From a virus (lineage: Duplodnaviria > Caudoviricetes), in IMG/VR virus record IMGVR_UViG_3300032234_000731, positions 1 through 27,525 of that record: a stretch of DNA of 27,525 bases; one strand, written 5' to 3'. This document shows, piece after piece, positions 15,933 to 24,323 of this stretch; positions within the stretch are counted from its first letter, which is position 1; every line of letters starts with the position of its first letter. The position numbers were made by a program, and so were the translations under genes. Under the pieces are notes generated by a model. It did not search any database and was not told the DNA's origin. It was given only the letters and a program-made list of their open reading frames with translations.

Positions 15933-17864
15933 ATGAATATTTTTGAAGGTGGTAATGTATTCAAAGACAAGTTGGGTGTACCACTGACTCGACGAATCAA
16001 GCAGGGTGAAATTCCTGACACAATCCAGTGGTTGGAATCTGCCACTGGATTGGACCTACACGGCGCCAATGATCCTGCCACAGGCTATCCTACAAAATGG
16101 TTGGGCAGCACAGGTAAAAAGCCGGACTCGGGAGATTTGGATCTTGCAGTTGAACTAAGTGACATCACCAAGCCCGAGCTCAAAGCCAAACTAGACACAT
16201 TTGTTACCGGCCAAAAACAAGATCCCAAAGACTTTGTTCGCATGAGTGGCGAAGCTGTGCATTTCAAAACTCCCATTGGGGGAGATGCTAACAAAGGATT
16301 TGTGCAAACAGATTTCATGTTTATGCCCAACATTGATTGGGGTGCATTTTTCTTGTCAGGCGGTGTAGATTCTGAATACAAGGGAATGTTTAGAAACATC
16401 CTGTTGAGTTCTATTGCCAAGTCGCAAGGACTCAAGGCCAGCGCCAAAGGCATTACCAGCAGAACCACAGACAATGTGATCACCACAGATCCCGACCGTG
16501 CAGCTGAAATACTGCTGGGCCAGGGCATGCGCCGAGGCAATCTCAAGAATGTAGAAAGCATTTACACAGCCTTAGCCAATCACCCAGATCGTGATGCCAA
16601 GCTCAGAGATTTCCGAGAATATCTGGCTCGTGAAGGTGTCAAAGAACCAGGCACTGTGTCTGAAAGCGATGTTGGCTTCTTGGCTCGACTGCGTGATCGT
16701 ATTGTAAATCAGGGCATGGCGCCGTTAATTGAAACAGAATCTGCAAATCCATATCGATTGTATGAAGCAGAAGCAGCAGGTGTAGGCGGCCGCGCTAAAG
16801 GCATTGAGCACTTAGAGGATCTGGTGTTCCGCCACGGTGCTGCAGGTATTAACCAGGCCCTGGCTATTGCACAACAGGCAACTGAGCAGCCTCGCACTGT
16901 CACAGCCAAGTGGGATGGCAAGCCTGCTGTGATTTGGGGTCGTAAACCCAGCACTGGTGAGTTTGTACTCACAGACGGATCAGGATTCGAAGCCAAAGGG
17001 TATGATGGTCTAGCCACCAGTCCTGCAATGATGGCTGATATTCAGCGTCGTCGTGCTGGCGAACGCGAAGGTTTAATTAACCTATATCGAACACTGTGGC
17101 CTGTGCTGGAAGCCAGTTTGCCCAGTAATTTTCGTGGCTACGTCAAAGGCGACTTGCTGTACATGGACACACCGCCTGTGGAAGCAGGAAACTATGTGTT
17201 TAAACCCAACACTGTGACATACAAGATTCCTGTAAAAAGTTCCTTGGGACAACGCATTGGTAACAGCAATATTGGTGTTGCAGTGCATTCAATGTATGCA
17301 GATGCAGGAGAAGCACGGCAACCTTTGAGTGGTGTAAAGTTCAACGAAGTGCCTGGACTCATGCTTGAGCGCCCAGCGACACCCACATCCCTTGAACTCG
17401 ATCAGGCCATTGTCAAGCAGTTAAAAAGCATTGTGCGATCACAAGGCAACAACATGAAAGTGTTGTTTAATCCTGCTGAACTACGTGCTCAACAAGTAAC
17501 TGACTTGTTCAAACTAGCTGTGGATTTTATCAACACCAAAGTAGGCGGTCCGTTGGAACCTGCCAACAAACTCATTGTGGAATTTGGAGAATGGCTCAAA
17601 ACCCGCGTAACTCCACGCAAGTTTGCCAACATTGTGGAATATCTCAAGAATCCCAGTACCAATCAAGAAGCACTGAGTGCTGCATTTGTGGCATTTGAGC
17701 TGCTGCATGCACTCAAAGTAGATCTACTGCGTCAAGCTGATACACAGCACCCTGGACAAGAGGGTTGGGTCATGGCCACGCCAGCTGGCTATGCCAAGGC
17801 AGTAAGCCGCTTTGATCCCAACGCATTTGCGGCTGTAAATAGAGCTCAAAACAACCCCAAGTGA
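15933..17864 (+). CDS. Pol-beta-type nucleotidyltransferase fused to a ligase-like (KxDG) domain
   Basis: LGSTGKKPDSGDLDLAV and FVQTDFM in the N-part; IEHLED, TAKWDGKPA, VKGDLLY, FKPNTVTY and QEGWV..AKAV in the C-part. Alternative start 15921. Confidence 0.7.
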   Translation: MNIFEGGNVFKDKLGVPLTRRIKQGEIPDTIQWLESATGLDLHGANDPATGYPTKWLGSTGKKPDSGDLDLAVELSDITKPELKAKLDTFVTGQKQDPKDFVRMSGEAVHFKTPIGGDANKGFVQTDFMFMPNIDWGAFFLSGGVDSEYKGMFRNILLSSIAKSQGLKASAKGITSRTTDNVITTDPDRAAEILLGQGMRRGNLKNVESIYTALANHPDRDAKLRDFREYLAREGVKEPGTVSESDVGFLARLRDRIVNQGMAPLIETESANPYRLYEAEAAGVGGRAKGIEHLEDLVFRHGAAGINQALAIAQQATEQPRTVTAKWDGKPAVIWGRKPSTGEFVLTDGSGFEAKGYDGLATSPAMMADIQRRRAGEREGLINLYRTLWPVLEASLPSNFRGYVKGDLLYMDTPPVEAGNYVFKPNTVTYKIPVKSSLGQRIGNSNIGVAVHSMYADAGEARQPLSGVKFNEVPGLMLERPATPTSLELDQAIVKQLKSIVRSQGNNMKVLFNPAELRAQQVTDLFKLAVDFINTKVGGPLEPANKLIVEFGEWLKTRVTPRKFANIVEYLKNPSTNQEALSAAFVAFELLHALKVDLLRQADTQHPGQEGWVMATPAGYAKAVSRFDPNAFAAVNRAQNNPK

Positions 17865-17882
17865 TAGTTTTTTTGTCACTTG

Positions 17883-17890
17883 TATAAATA
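17883..17890 (+). promoter_or_regulatory. T4-like late promoter
   Basis: Perfect TATAAATA followed by a TAAGGAG SD. Confidence 0.8.
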
Positions 17891-17929
17891 AAAGTAGGCC
17901 CAACGAGGCCACATATTAAGGAGCTTAAA

Positions 17930-18346
17930 ATGGCACAAATCACAAAAGTAAACGGCACCACACAACCAGTGTTTGCCATCGACGTACAAAACGGTACAAT
18001 CGCTAACACAGCTAACATTGCTGCGCAAGGCCCAGTACAAGTTGCTGGTCCTCACCTGGACTTCTTCAGCCTGACAGCCAACGCTGTTCTCAGCGCAAGT
18101 GGTGCAGCTAACGCTACTGGTTATATCAACAACGTTCTGCAAGCTATTCAACAAAACGGCACCATCGCTATGTACCAAGTTACACCTAGCGCACCTGCTG
18201 TGTTGAACATCGCTATCTACCCAACTGGCGCTTACACAACTACTAGTTTGGTTGCTGCTGCTCAAACAGCCAACGCCACTGGCGGCTTGAACATTGGTAT
18301 CCCAACTGCCAACGTTGCTGGCGCAGCCACATTCACTAACGTTTAA
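17930..18346 (+). CDS. probable abundant virion protein (138 aa)
   Basis: Has its own late promoter, strong SD and terminator. A/T/N-rich with very few charged residues; strongly biased codons (AAC, GCT, ATC). Confidence 0.7.
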   Translation: MAQITKVNGTTQPVFAIDVQNGTIANTANIAAQGPVQVAGPHLDFFSLTANAVLSASGAANATGYINNVLQAIQQNGTIAMYQVTPSAPAVLNIAIYPTGAYTTTSLVAAAQTANATGGLNIGIPTANVAGAATFTNV

Positions 18347-18367
18347 TTTTTTAAACTTAGTCATAGC

Positions 18368-18398
18368 AAACCCTGGATTTATTCCAGGGTTTTCTTTT
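18368..18398 (+). terminator. rho-independent terminator
   Basis: AAACCCTGGA-TTTAT-TCCAGGGTTT followed by TCTTTT. Confidence 0.85.
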
Positions 18399-18403
18399 GG
18401 GTG

Positions 18404-18409
18404 TAAATA
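18404..18409 (+). promoter_or_regulatory. late promoter core TAAATA
   Basis: GTAAATA right after the terminator and 6 nt before ATG 18416. Confidence 0.6.
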
Positions 18410-18415
18410 TCAACA

Positions 18416-18847
18416 ATGAAGATCATATGTAAAACATTGTTTGATTGCACTTACACCGGAGTCACTGGCAACTTCAAAGCTGGCCAAATTCCTTTTGTAG
18501 ATCGCGCAGACCAAGCTGTAGAAGATGTTGCAGACTGGAATCGATCTAGAAACCAGCAACGTAACTGGGAAACCATAATGCAGTTGGTAAGTCTCAACAC
18601 ACAGCCACAAGACATTGTGCCACCTCAGTGCAACAACGGAACGTGGCAGTTTGAATTCCGTGTGGAATCTGCTGACGTATTTGCTGCCAACAACAATCCT
18701 GACCCCTTGGCTGGCCTAAAACAAAACTGTACCGGTGTACCAATGATTGTGAATCTCGACGAAACTGCAGACATTGAACCGGTGTTAAGTGCCATGGGCC
18801 CTGATCAAAACATTTGGTTTGAAACCATAAATATAGGATTGGAGTAA
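18416..18847 (+). CDS. phage hypothetical protein (143 aa)
   Basis: ORF with TLFDCTYTGVTG and RNQQRNWET blocks, in a late-gene context. Confidence 0.7.
   Translation: MKIICKTLFDCTYTGVTGNFKAGQIPFVDRADQAVEDVADWNRSRNQQRNWETIMQLVSLNTQPQDIVPPQCNNGTWQFEFRVESADVFAANNNPDPLAGLKQNCTGVPMIVNLDETADIEPVLSAMGPDQNIWFETINIGLE
18828..18833 (+). promoter_or_regulatory. late promoter core TAAATA
   Basis: CATAAATA upstream of a GGAG SD and ATG 18854. Confidence 0.5.
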
Positions 18848-18853
18848 ACTAAC

Positions 18854-19120
18854 ATGGCCGAGACTACGGATATCGAAAAGAAAAGTTTAGAAGCACACGT
18901 AGAACTATGTGCAGAGCGCTATCGTGCATTGGAGACTCAATTCACCGAAGTAAAAAAAGATATCAGCGAAGTCAAAGAGCTTGCTGAAAAAACTCACAGT
19001 TTGGTCAACAAAATGTCTGAGCAGAGGAGCACACAATTAATCAACTGGGGCATTGGCATCATTGGTACCTTGGTTGCTGTCATTGGTTACTTGCTGTCTA
19101 ACCACATTGTTTTTAAATGA
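18854..19120 (+). CDS. coiled-coil protein with C-terminal TM helix (holin/XhlA-like architecture)
   Basis: Heptad region followed by LINWGIGIIGTLVAVIGYLL. Confidence 0.6.
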   Translation: MAETTDIEKKSLEAHVELCAERYRALETQFTEVKKDISEVKELAEKTHSLVNKMSEQRSTQLINWGIGIIGTLVAVIGYLLSNHIVFK

Positions 19121-19590
19121 CCCACGATCAAAAGCTAGAACAGTTTGCTCACAGATCAGCTAGAGATGTGCTAGACAACGCAATCATTCCATTGGATGCT
19201 GGTTATTTGGTGTTTGGAAGGTACAATTTACAACCTAGAGACGGTGTGTTTGATGTTTACCTATACGATGACTTGGTAGCAACCTTTAGTACAAAAAGAA
19301 CTGCTGTGAGTTGGTGTGTTGCAGAACGTTATCGTCAGCACAAACTCAGCTTTGAAATATATTCGTTGGATCAAAAGAAATCGCAACTTGCAGCTGATAT
19401 TCGTGCAAGACAACACCTTGGTCAGCACAGCAACCGCGCACAATTCGCTGAGATAGTAGAAACCAAACTAGAACCAAAAATTCGCTATCTCAACAGCATA
19501 AAAGCCGAACTTGAAAAATGTGTTAATTCGGCTAAATATCTACAACTTAGAGGATTCTCAAATGAAACTGCAAGACATAGCCGCGGCTAA
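19117..19590 (+). CDS. phage hypothetical protein (157 aa)
   Basis: ATGA-coupled ORF. Confidence 0.7.
   Translation: MTHDQKLEQFAHRSARDVLDNAIIPLDAGYLVFGRYNLQPRDGVFDVYLYDDLVATFSTKRTAVSWCVAERYRQHKLSFEIYSLDQKKSQLAADIRARQHLGQHSNRAQFAEIVETKLEPKIRYLNSIKAELEKCVNSAKYLQLRGFSNETARHSRG
19533..19538 (+). promoter_or_regulatory. late promoter core TAAATA
   Basis: GCTAAATA followed by a GAGGA SD and ATG 19562. Confidence 0.55.
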
Positions 19591-20488
19591 ACCTACACAA
19601 CAAATTTCCAAAGTATTTGAAAGTTACTTTGGCTCTCGTTTTGATGTACAAACCTTGAGTGCAAAGCAAGCTCAAACCATGCTGCAAAAAGTGCGCGGCG
19701 TGATTGCTGAGCACCAGAACACTACTGCTCGCCACACCAGCGAACGCAATCCTGGATATCTCAAGTTGGTCATGGTTGAGCAAGCCCTGGCAGCCCGTCT
19801 AGCAGAAATGGCTCCTGTGCAAACTGCCGGCACACCTGAGCAACAAAAAGCTCAACAAGCCATGGCCACTGCTACTATCAGTGCCACCAAAGATCCCAAG
19901 CTCAAGGCTGCATTGACCAAAGCCAGCAAAGGCCAGAGTCTAACACCCGATGAGCAAAAGATGGTTGCTGGAGCTGCACTGATGAAGACTGAAAGCAAGT
20001 TGGCTCGTGCCTACAAAATGCTAAAAGAAAGCGAAGTTCAGCAAGCTCAAGTTGTTCTAGCTGCACAAGACATGGTTGACAAGATGCAGGCCATGTTGGA
20101 AGATGTGTCTGAACTGCAATTCAAAGAACTACCAGCCCTGGTTGACTCTATCAAGAATCAAGTAGGCATCGACCAAGCTACTCAGTTCAACACCGATGCA
20201 ACTGCTGCCCTCACTGGCCTGATGCAAAATCTGCAACAAGCCAAGCAGCAAATGGACGCCGCACTAGGAGTGGTCACAGGCCAAGGTCCTGCCCCAGGCG
20301 CTGCTGCATTAGGCGCTGAACTAGGTGCCGAAGCTGGTGCTGAACTAGGTGCAGCCGCCGGTGCCGAAGCTGGCGCAGACGCCGGCGCAGACGTTGGTGA
20401 CGACTTGGATGCTGTTGCTGCAGACGTTGGTGATGAGCTCGACGATGAACAAGCTGGTGGCGAAGTACTGGGCCGAGCACGCCGATAA
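19562..20488 (+). CDS. helical head-associated protein (scaffold/core-like)
   Basis: Q/A-rich helical protein with an acidic low-complexity tail ending LGRARR. Start placed at ATG 19562 from the SD. Confidence 0.55.
   Translation: MKLQDIAAAKPTQQISKVFESYFGSRFDVQTLSAKQAQTMLQKVRGVIAEHQNTTARHTSERNPGYLKLVMVEQALAARLAEMAPVQTAGTPEQQKAQQAMATATISATKDPKLKAALTKASKGQSLTPDEQKMVAGAALMKTESKLARAYKMLKESEVQQAQVVLAAQDMVDKMQAMLEDVSELQFKELPALVDSIKNQVGIDQATQFNTDATAALTGLMQNLQQAKQQMDAALGVVTGQGPAPGAAALGAELGAEAGAELGAAAGAEAGADAGADVGDDLDAVAADVGDELDDEQAGGEVLGRARR
20309..20445 (+). repeat. degenerate 12-nt coding tandem repeats (GAEL/GAEA/GADA)
   Basis: GCTGAACTAGGTGC, GGTGCCGAAGCTGG and GCAGACGTTGGTGA each occur twice. 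Confidence 0.7.
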
Positions 20489-20844
20489 TGCGAATACTGG
20501 AAGTTGACACTTCTGCTGCACCTACACCAAGCCCAGACAAGCTACTGGGCCTGGTAGAATTTCTTTCTGGCCGCGCCGAAGATACCAATGCTACCAAGCA
20601 GATCAGCAAAGATGCTTTTATGCAAATGGCAAAAAACTTAGGCATCAACATCAATTCCAGCAACCTACAATCCATAGTTGAAAAGCCACCGCTGAGCAAT
20701 GTGTTGGAACCGTTTGATCCCAATTCGGACAAGATCACATTTAAAGGCGCTGGCATTGGCCCTACTCAAATGCCGGTGAACAAAGCACAAGATATAGTAG
20801 CCGCTGCTGCCAAAAAAGCTGCTCGCAAAAACCGCGGCATCTAA
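20488..20844 (+). CDS. phage hypothetical protein (118 aa), possible head protein
   Basis: TAATG-coupled; MRILE N-terminus; basic AAKKAARK C-terminus. Confidence 0.7.
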   Translation: MRILEVDTSAAPTPSPDKLLGLVEFLSGRAEDTNATKQISKDAFMQMAKNLGININSSNLQSIVEKPPLSNVLEPFDPNSDKITFKGAGIGPTQMPVNKAQDIVAAAAKKAARKNRGI

Positions 20845-20854
20845 CTCAAAAGTC

Positions 20855-20883
20855 TAGACAATCTGAATTAAATACCTTATAAT
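20855..20883 (+). promoter_or_regulatory. sigma70-type promoter with nested TAAATA
   Basis: TAGACA-17 nt-TATAAT, with TAAATA at 20869-20874 and a TAAGGAG SD downstream. Confidence 0.7.
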
Positions 20884-20901
20884 ACATTAAGGAGTCTTTC
20901 T

Positions 20902-21297
20902 ATGGCTTATTCACAACAGGTAGTTGATCATTATGAAAATCCACGCAACGTTGGATCGTTTGCCAAAGACGACCCCGCTGTGGGCACTGGCATGGTCGGC
21001 GCCCCGGCTTGCGGAGATGTGATGAAACTTCAAATCAAAGTCGAGGATGGCATTATTACTGATGCAAAGTTCAAAACATACGGCTGCGGATCGGCTATTG
21101 CATCCAGCAGTCTGGTCACCGAAATGGTCAAGGGCATGACACTGGATCAAGCTTCGTCAATCAAAAACAGCGAACTAGCTGAAGAACTTGCATTGCCTCC
21201 AGTTAAAATACATTGCAGTATTCTAGCCGAAGATGCTATCAAAGCCGCAGTAGAAGATTATCGTAAACGTCATGACAATACAGCACAGTCGCATTGA
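20902..21297 (+). CDS. iscU: Fe-S cluster scaffold IscU
   Basis: DHYENPRNVG, GAPACGDVM, FKTYGCGSAIASSS, LPPVKIHCS. Confidence 0.95.
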   Translation: MAYSQQVVDHYENPRNVGSFAKDDPAVGTGMVGAPACGDVMKLQIKVEDGIITDAKFKTYGCGSAIASSSLVTEMVKGMTLDQASSIKNSELAEELALPPVKIHCSILAEDAIKAAVEDYRKRHDNTAQSH

Positions 21298-21847
21298 ATA
21301 TCTTGCTGAGTATGCGCAACATTTAAAAAATCTCAGCGATGAAGACCGTTACACTCGATTTGGCTATGCTGCTAGTTTTCAGTCCATTGATCAAATGATT
21401 TTGAACATTGTTTATAATCAAGCAAATCATCATATTTTTACCTATTATATAGACGGAAAAATTGCAGGATTTGGACATCTTGCTCGTGAGGATACAGACT
21501 GGGAACTAGCAGTGAGCGTGGAACGCGAATATCAGGGTCGTGGCATTGCTGATGAGTTAATGAGTCACATGATCGCCTGGGGCAAAACACACGGCGTAGA
21601 AGTGGTATACATGCACTGCATCACTGAGAATCAAAAGATTCAGCATTTAGCTCGCAAACACGGTCTTCGTGCATGGGAACGAGTAGGTCACGAGCTTACC
21701 GCTCGAGTTCAACTGCCCGAGCCTACAGTGTTTGATTATACCACAAACTTTGTGCGAGAACAACGTGAGTTAGCATCTGACATTGTCAAGTTGCAACGTG
21801 CGTGGTTAAGAAACTGGACAGGTACATCAAATGATCACAGTAACTGA
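21272..21847 (+). CDS. GNAT N-acetyltransferase (Pat-like GNAT domain)
   Basis: LSDEDRYTRF, ELAVSV..YQGRGIA (acetyl-CoA motif A), EN.KIQHLARKHG. Confidence 0.85.
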   Translation: MTIQHSRIEYLAEYAQHLKNLSDEDRYTRFGYAASFQSIDQMILNIVYNQANHHIFTYYIDGKIAGFGHLAREDTDWELAVSVEREYQGRGIADELMSHMIAWGKTHGVEVVYMHCITENQKIQHLARKHGLRAWERVGHELTARVQLPEPTVFDYTTNFVREQRELASDIVKLQRAWLRNWTGTSNDHSN

Positions 21848-22154
21848 CACCGCGGCTAGAAAAATTCAACATCAATTAAGCAAGCGCGGCCAAGGATTGG
21901 GTATTAGAGTAGGGGTTAAGACTACTGGTTGCTCTGGACTTGCATATGTGCTAGAATATCAAGATCAAGAACACCCACATTGTGTAGAACATCACGATTC
22001 AAACGGTGTGCGGGTATTCATTGATCCCAAACACAGACCTTATTTGTATGGAATGATTATAGATTTTGTACGAAACGGACTCAATGAAGGTTTTGAATTC
22101 CGCAACCCAAACGAGCGTGACCGATGTGGTTGCGGAGAAAGTTTTAGAGTCTGA
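21831..22154 (+). CDS. iscA: A-type Fe-S carrier IscA
   Basis: GVKTTGCSGLAY, EGFEFRNPN, CGCGESF. Confidence 0.93.
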   Translation: MITVTDTAARKIQHQLSKRGQGLGIRVGVKTTGCSGLAYVLEYQDQEHPHCVEHHDSNGVRVFIDPKHRPYLYGMIIDFVRNGLNEGFEFRNPNERDRCGCGESFRV

Positions 22155-22157
22155 TAG

Positions 22158-23192
22158 ATGAATAAAATTAAAATTAATTCTTATACAGGATTTCAACCAT
22201 TGAAATCCTGTATAATTGGTAGATCATATCCTCCAGAATTTTATGCAAAGATTTCTAATTCTAAAGTCCGCACAGTAATGGAAAAAATTGCAATCGAAAC
22301 AGAAGAGGATTATCAAAAGTTAGAAGCATTGCTGCGCAGATTTGGTATTGATGTATATCGTCCGGTAATTGACCCAACGGACAATTTTGAGAGATATGCA
22401 ATGCAAATAGGAGATGGCAGAAAATGGTATCACCCACCTCCAATGAATCCTAGAGATAACATGATTGTCACTGGAAATAACTTGTTGATGAATGGACCCA
22501 TCGGCGAGTCGCATGTGGACTTTTTTGATAGCATAATAGAAAAAATTGATGGAAATGTATTTCATTCCAGCAATCATCACGAATTACGAAATTTGTCAAT
22601 GCCGTCAATAACACGAGTAGGGGAAGATGTGTATATCGACTCCGACGATATACCAAAAGAAGAAATTGACAAAACAATAAACAATTACTTTTCAGAATAT
22701 AAAACACACATTGTCAAAATTGGCGGTCACAACGACGGGGTATTTTGTCCAGTCACTCCTGGACTGATTGTTAGTTTAAACAGCGGACTTATATACAAAG
22801 ATACATTTCCGGGCTGGGAAGTAATCTACTTGCCTGATCAAAGTTGGTCTGCGGTCGGCGATTTTTTAAAACTCAAACAAAAAAACAATGGTCGTTGGTG
22901 GATTCCCGGGGAAGAATTCAACGACGATGTAATTGAGTTTGTGGATACTTGGCTCAACCACTGGGTTGGCTATGTTGAAGAAACAGTGTTTGATGTTAAC
23001 ATGCTGGTCATTGACGAAAAAAATGTAGTTTGTAACAATTACAATAAAAAAGTGTTTGATGCGCTCGAAAGGTATGGCATTACTCCGCACATTCTTAATT
23101 TTAGACACCGTTATTTTTGGGACGGTGGGTTGCATTGTATTAGCTTAGATCTCTATCGAGAAGGCAGCAAGTTAAACTATCATAACAAATAA
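22158..23192 (+). CDS. amidinotransferase (glycine/inosamine-phosphate amidinotransferase family)
   Basis: PRD, GHNDG, FDVNML and GGLHC..LDLYR are pentein-superfamily motifs, including the catalytic His and Cys. Confidence 0.82.
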   Translation: MNKIKINSYTGFQPLKSCIIGRSYPPEFYAKISNSKVRTVMEKIAIETEEDYQKLEALLRRFGIDVYRPVIDPTDNFERYAMQIGDGRKWYHPPPMNPRDNMIVTGNNLLMNGPIGESHVDFFDSIIEKIDGNVFHSSNHHELRNLSMPSITRVGEDVYIDSDDIPKEEIDKTINNYFSEYKTHIVKIGGHNDGVFCPVTPGLIVSLNSGLIYKDTFPGWEVIYLPDQSWSAVGDFLKLKQKNNGRWWIPGEEFNDDVIEFVDTWLNHWVGYVEETVFDVNMLVIDEKNVVCNNYNKKVFDALERYGITPHILNFRHRYFWDGGLHCISLDLYREGSKLNYHNK

Positions 23193-23199
23193 TTTTTTC

Positions 23200-23616
23200 G
23201 TGAAACAAAAATACATCGATTTATATATGGACTGGGCACGGCGAACAGCTGAACTCAGTCATGCTCGTCGCCTACATGTGGGCGCAGTCATTGTCAAAGA
23301 CGACACTGTGATCAGCTACGGTTACAATGGCATGCCTGCAGGGTGGGACAACAACTGTGAAGATACACTAGACGATGGAACATTAAAAACCAAACCTGAG
23401 GTATTACATGCAGAAAGCAACGCGATTGCGAAACTGGCTAGAAGCCATGACAGCGGGGTTGGTGCTGATATATTTGTTACTCATGCCCCTTGCCTTGATT
23501 GTGCCAAGCTTATCTACCAATCCGGTATTTCTCGGGTTTGGTTTGGCAATCAGTATAGGGATAATTCTGGGATTGATTTTCTCCAGCAGTCTGGAATCCA
23601 AGTAAACAAAATATGA
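23200..23616 (+). CDS. dCMP deaminase
   Basis: VGAVIV, GYNG, HAESNAI, PCLDCAK. Confidence 0.92.
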   Translation: MKQKYIDLYMDWARRTAELSHARRLHVGAVIVKDDTVISYGYNGMPAGWDNNCEDTLDDGTLKTKPEVLHAESNAIAKLARSHDSGVGADIFVTHAPCLDCAKLIYQSGISRVWFGNQYRDNSGIDFLQQSGIQVNKI

Positions 23617-24323
23617 TCACACAAAAATACAACTACGCACCACTGAATCGTGAAACCATTGACGGAAAACGACATTACTGTTTGCCCGACGGCAGCAAAG
23701 TTCCATCGGTTACCACAATCCTGGATCGAACCAAGCCTGCAGAAGCTCGCGAAGCGTTGGCCAATTGGAAGAGAGCAGTAGGCGAAAAACGTGCTCAAGA
23801 AATCACCACAGAAGCCGCCAATCGCGGTACACGCATGCATGCCTATCTTGAACAGTATGTGCTGACCACAGACCTAAAGCCATTGCCCAGCAATCCCTAT
23901 GCTCATCCCAGTTGGTTCATGGCAGCAGAAGTCATCCTTAAAGGACTACAACATGTGGACGAGTTTTGGGGTACAGAGGTGCCCTTGTACTATTCAGGCT
24001 TGTATGCAGGAACAACTGATTTGATAGGGACCTGGAAGGGTAGTCCTGCTATCATGGATTTCAAGCAAAGCAACAAGGTCAAAAAGAAGGAATACATTAG
24101 TGACTATTTCTTGCAACTTGCGGCGTATGCAGCAGCACACAACGAAATGCACGGCACCAATATCAACACCGGTGTCATACTAATGGCTGTGCAGCCCAAA
24201 TTGCAAGCTGATGGTACGTATAGTACCCCAGAATACCTGGAATTTGTGATCGAAGGCGATGAGTTTGCACATTGGGCCAACGAATGGATGAAACGAGTTG
24301 AGTTATACTATTTGACACGCTAA
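23613..24323 (+). CDS. PD-(D/E)XK exonuclease
   Basis: PSVTTIL, RGTRMH, EVPL, AGTTD, DFKQS, QLAAY. Confidence 0.85.
   Translation: MITQKYNYAPLNRETIDGKRHYCLPDGSKVPSVTTILDRTKPAEAREALANWKRAVGEKRAQEITTEAANRGTRMHAYLEQYVLTTDLKPLPSNPYAHPSWFMAAEVILKGLQHVDEFWGTEVPLYYSGLYAGTTDLIGTWKGSPAIMDFKQSNKVKKKEYISDYFLQLAAYAAAHNEMHGTNINTGVILMAVQPKLQADGTYSTPEYLEFVIEGDEFAHWANEWMKRVELYYLTR

Noticed and set aside
20309-20445. CRISPR-like repeats
   Set aside because: In-frame degenerate 12-nt coding repeats without unique spacers.
23613-24323. Cas4/CRISPR association
   Set aside because: No Cas4 Fe-S cysteine set, no array and no other cas genes; this is an ordinary phage PD-(D/E)XK nuclease.
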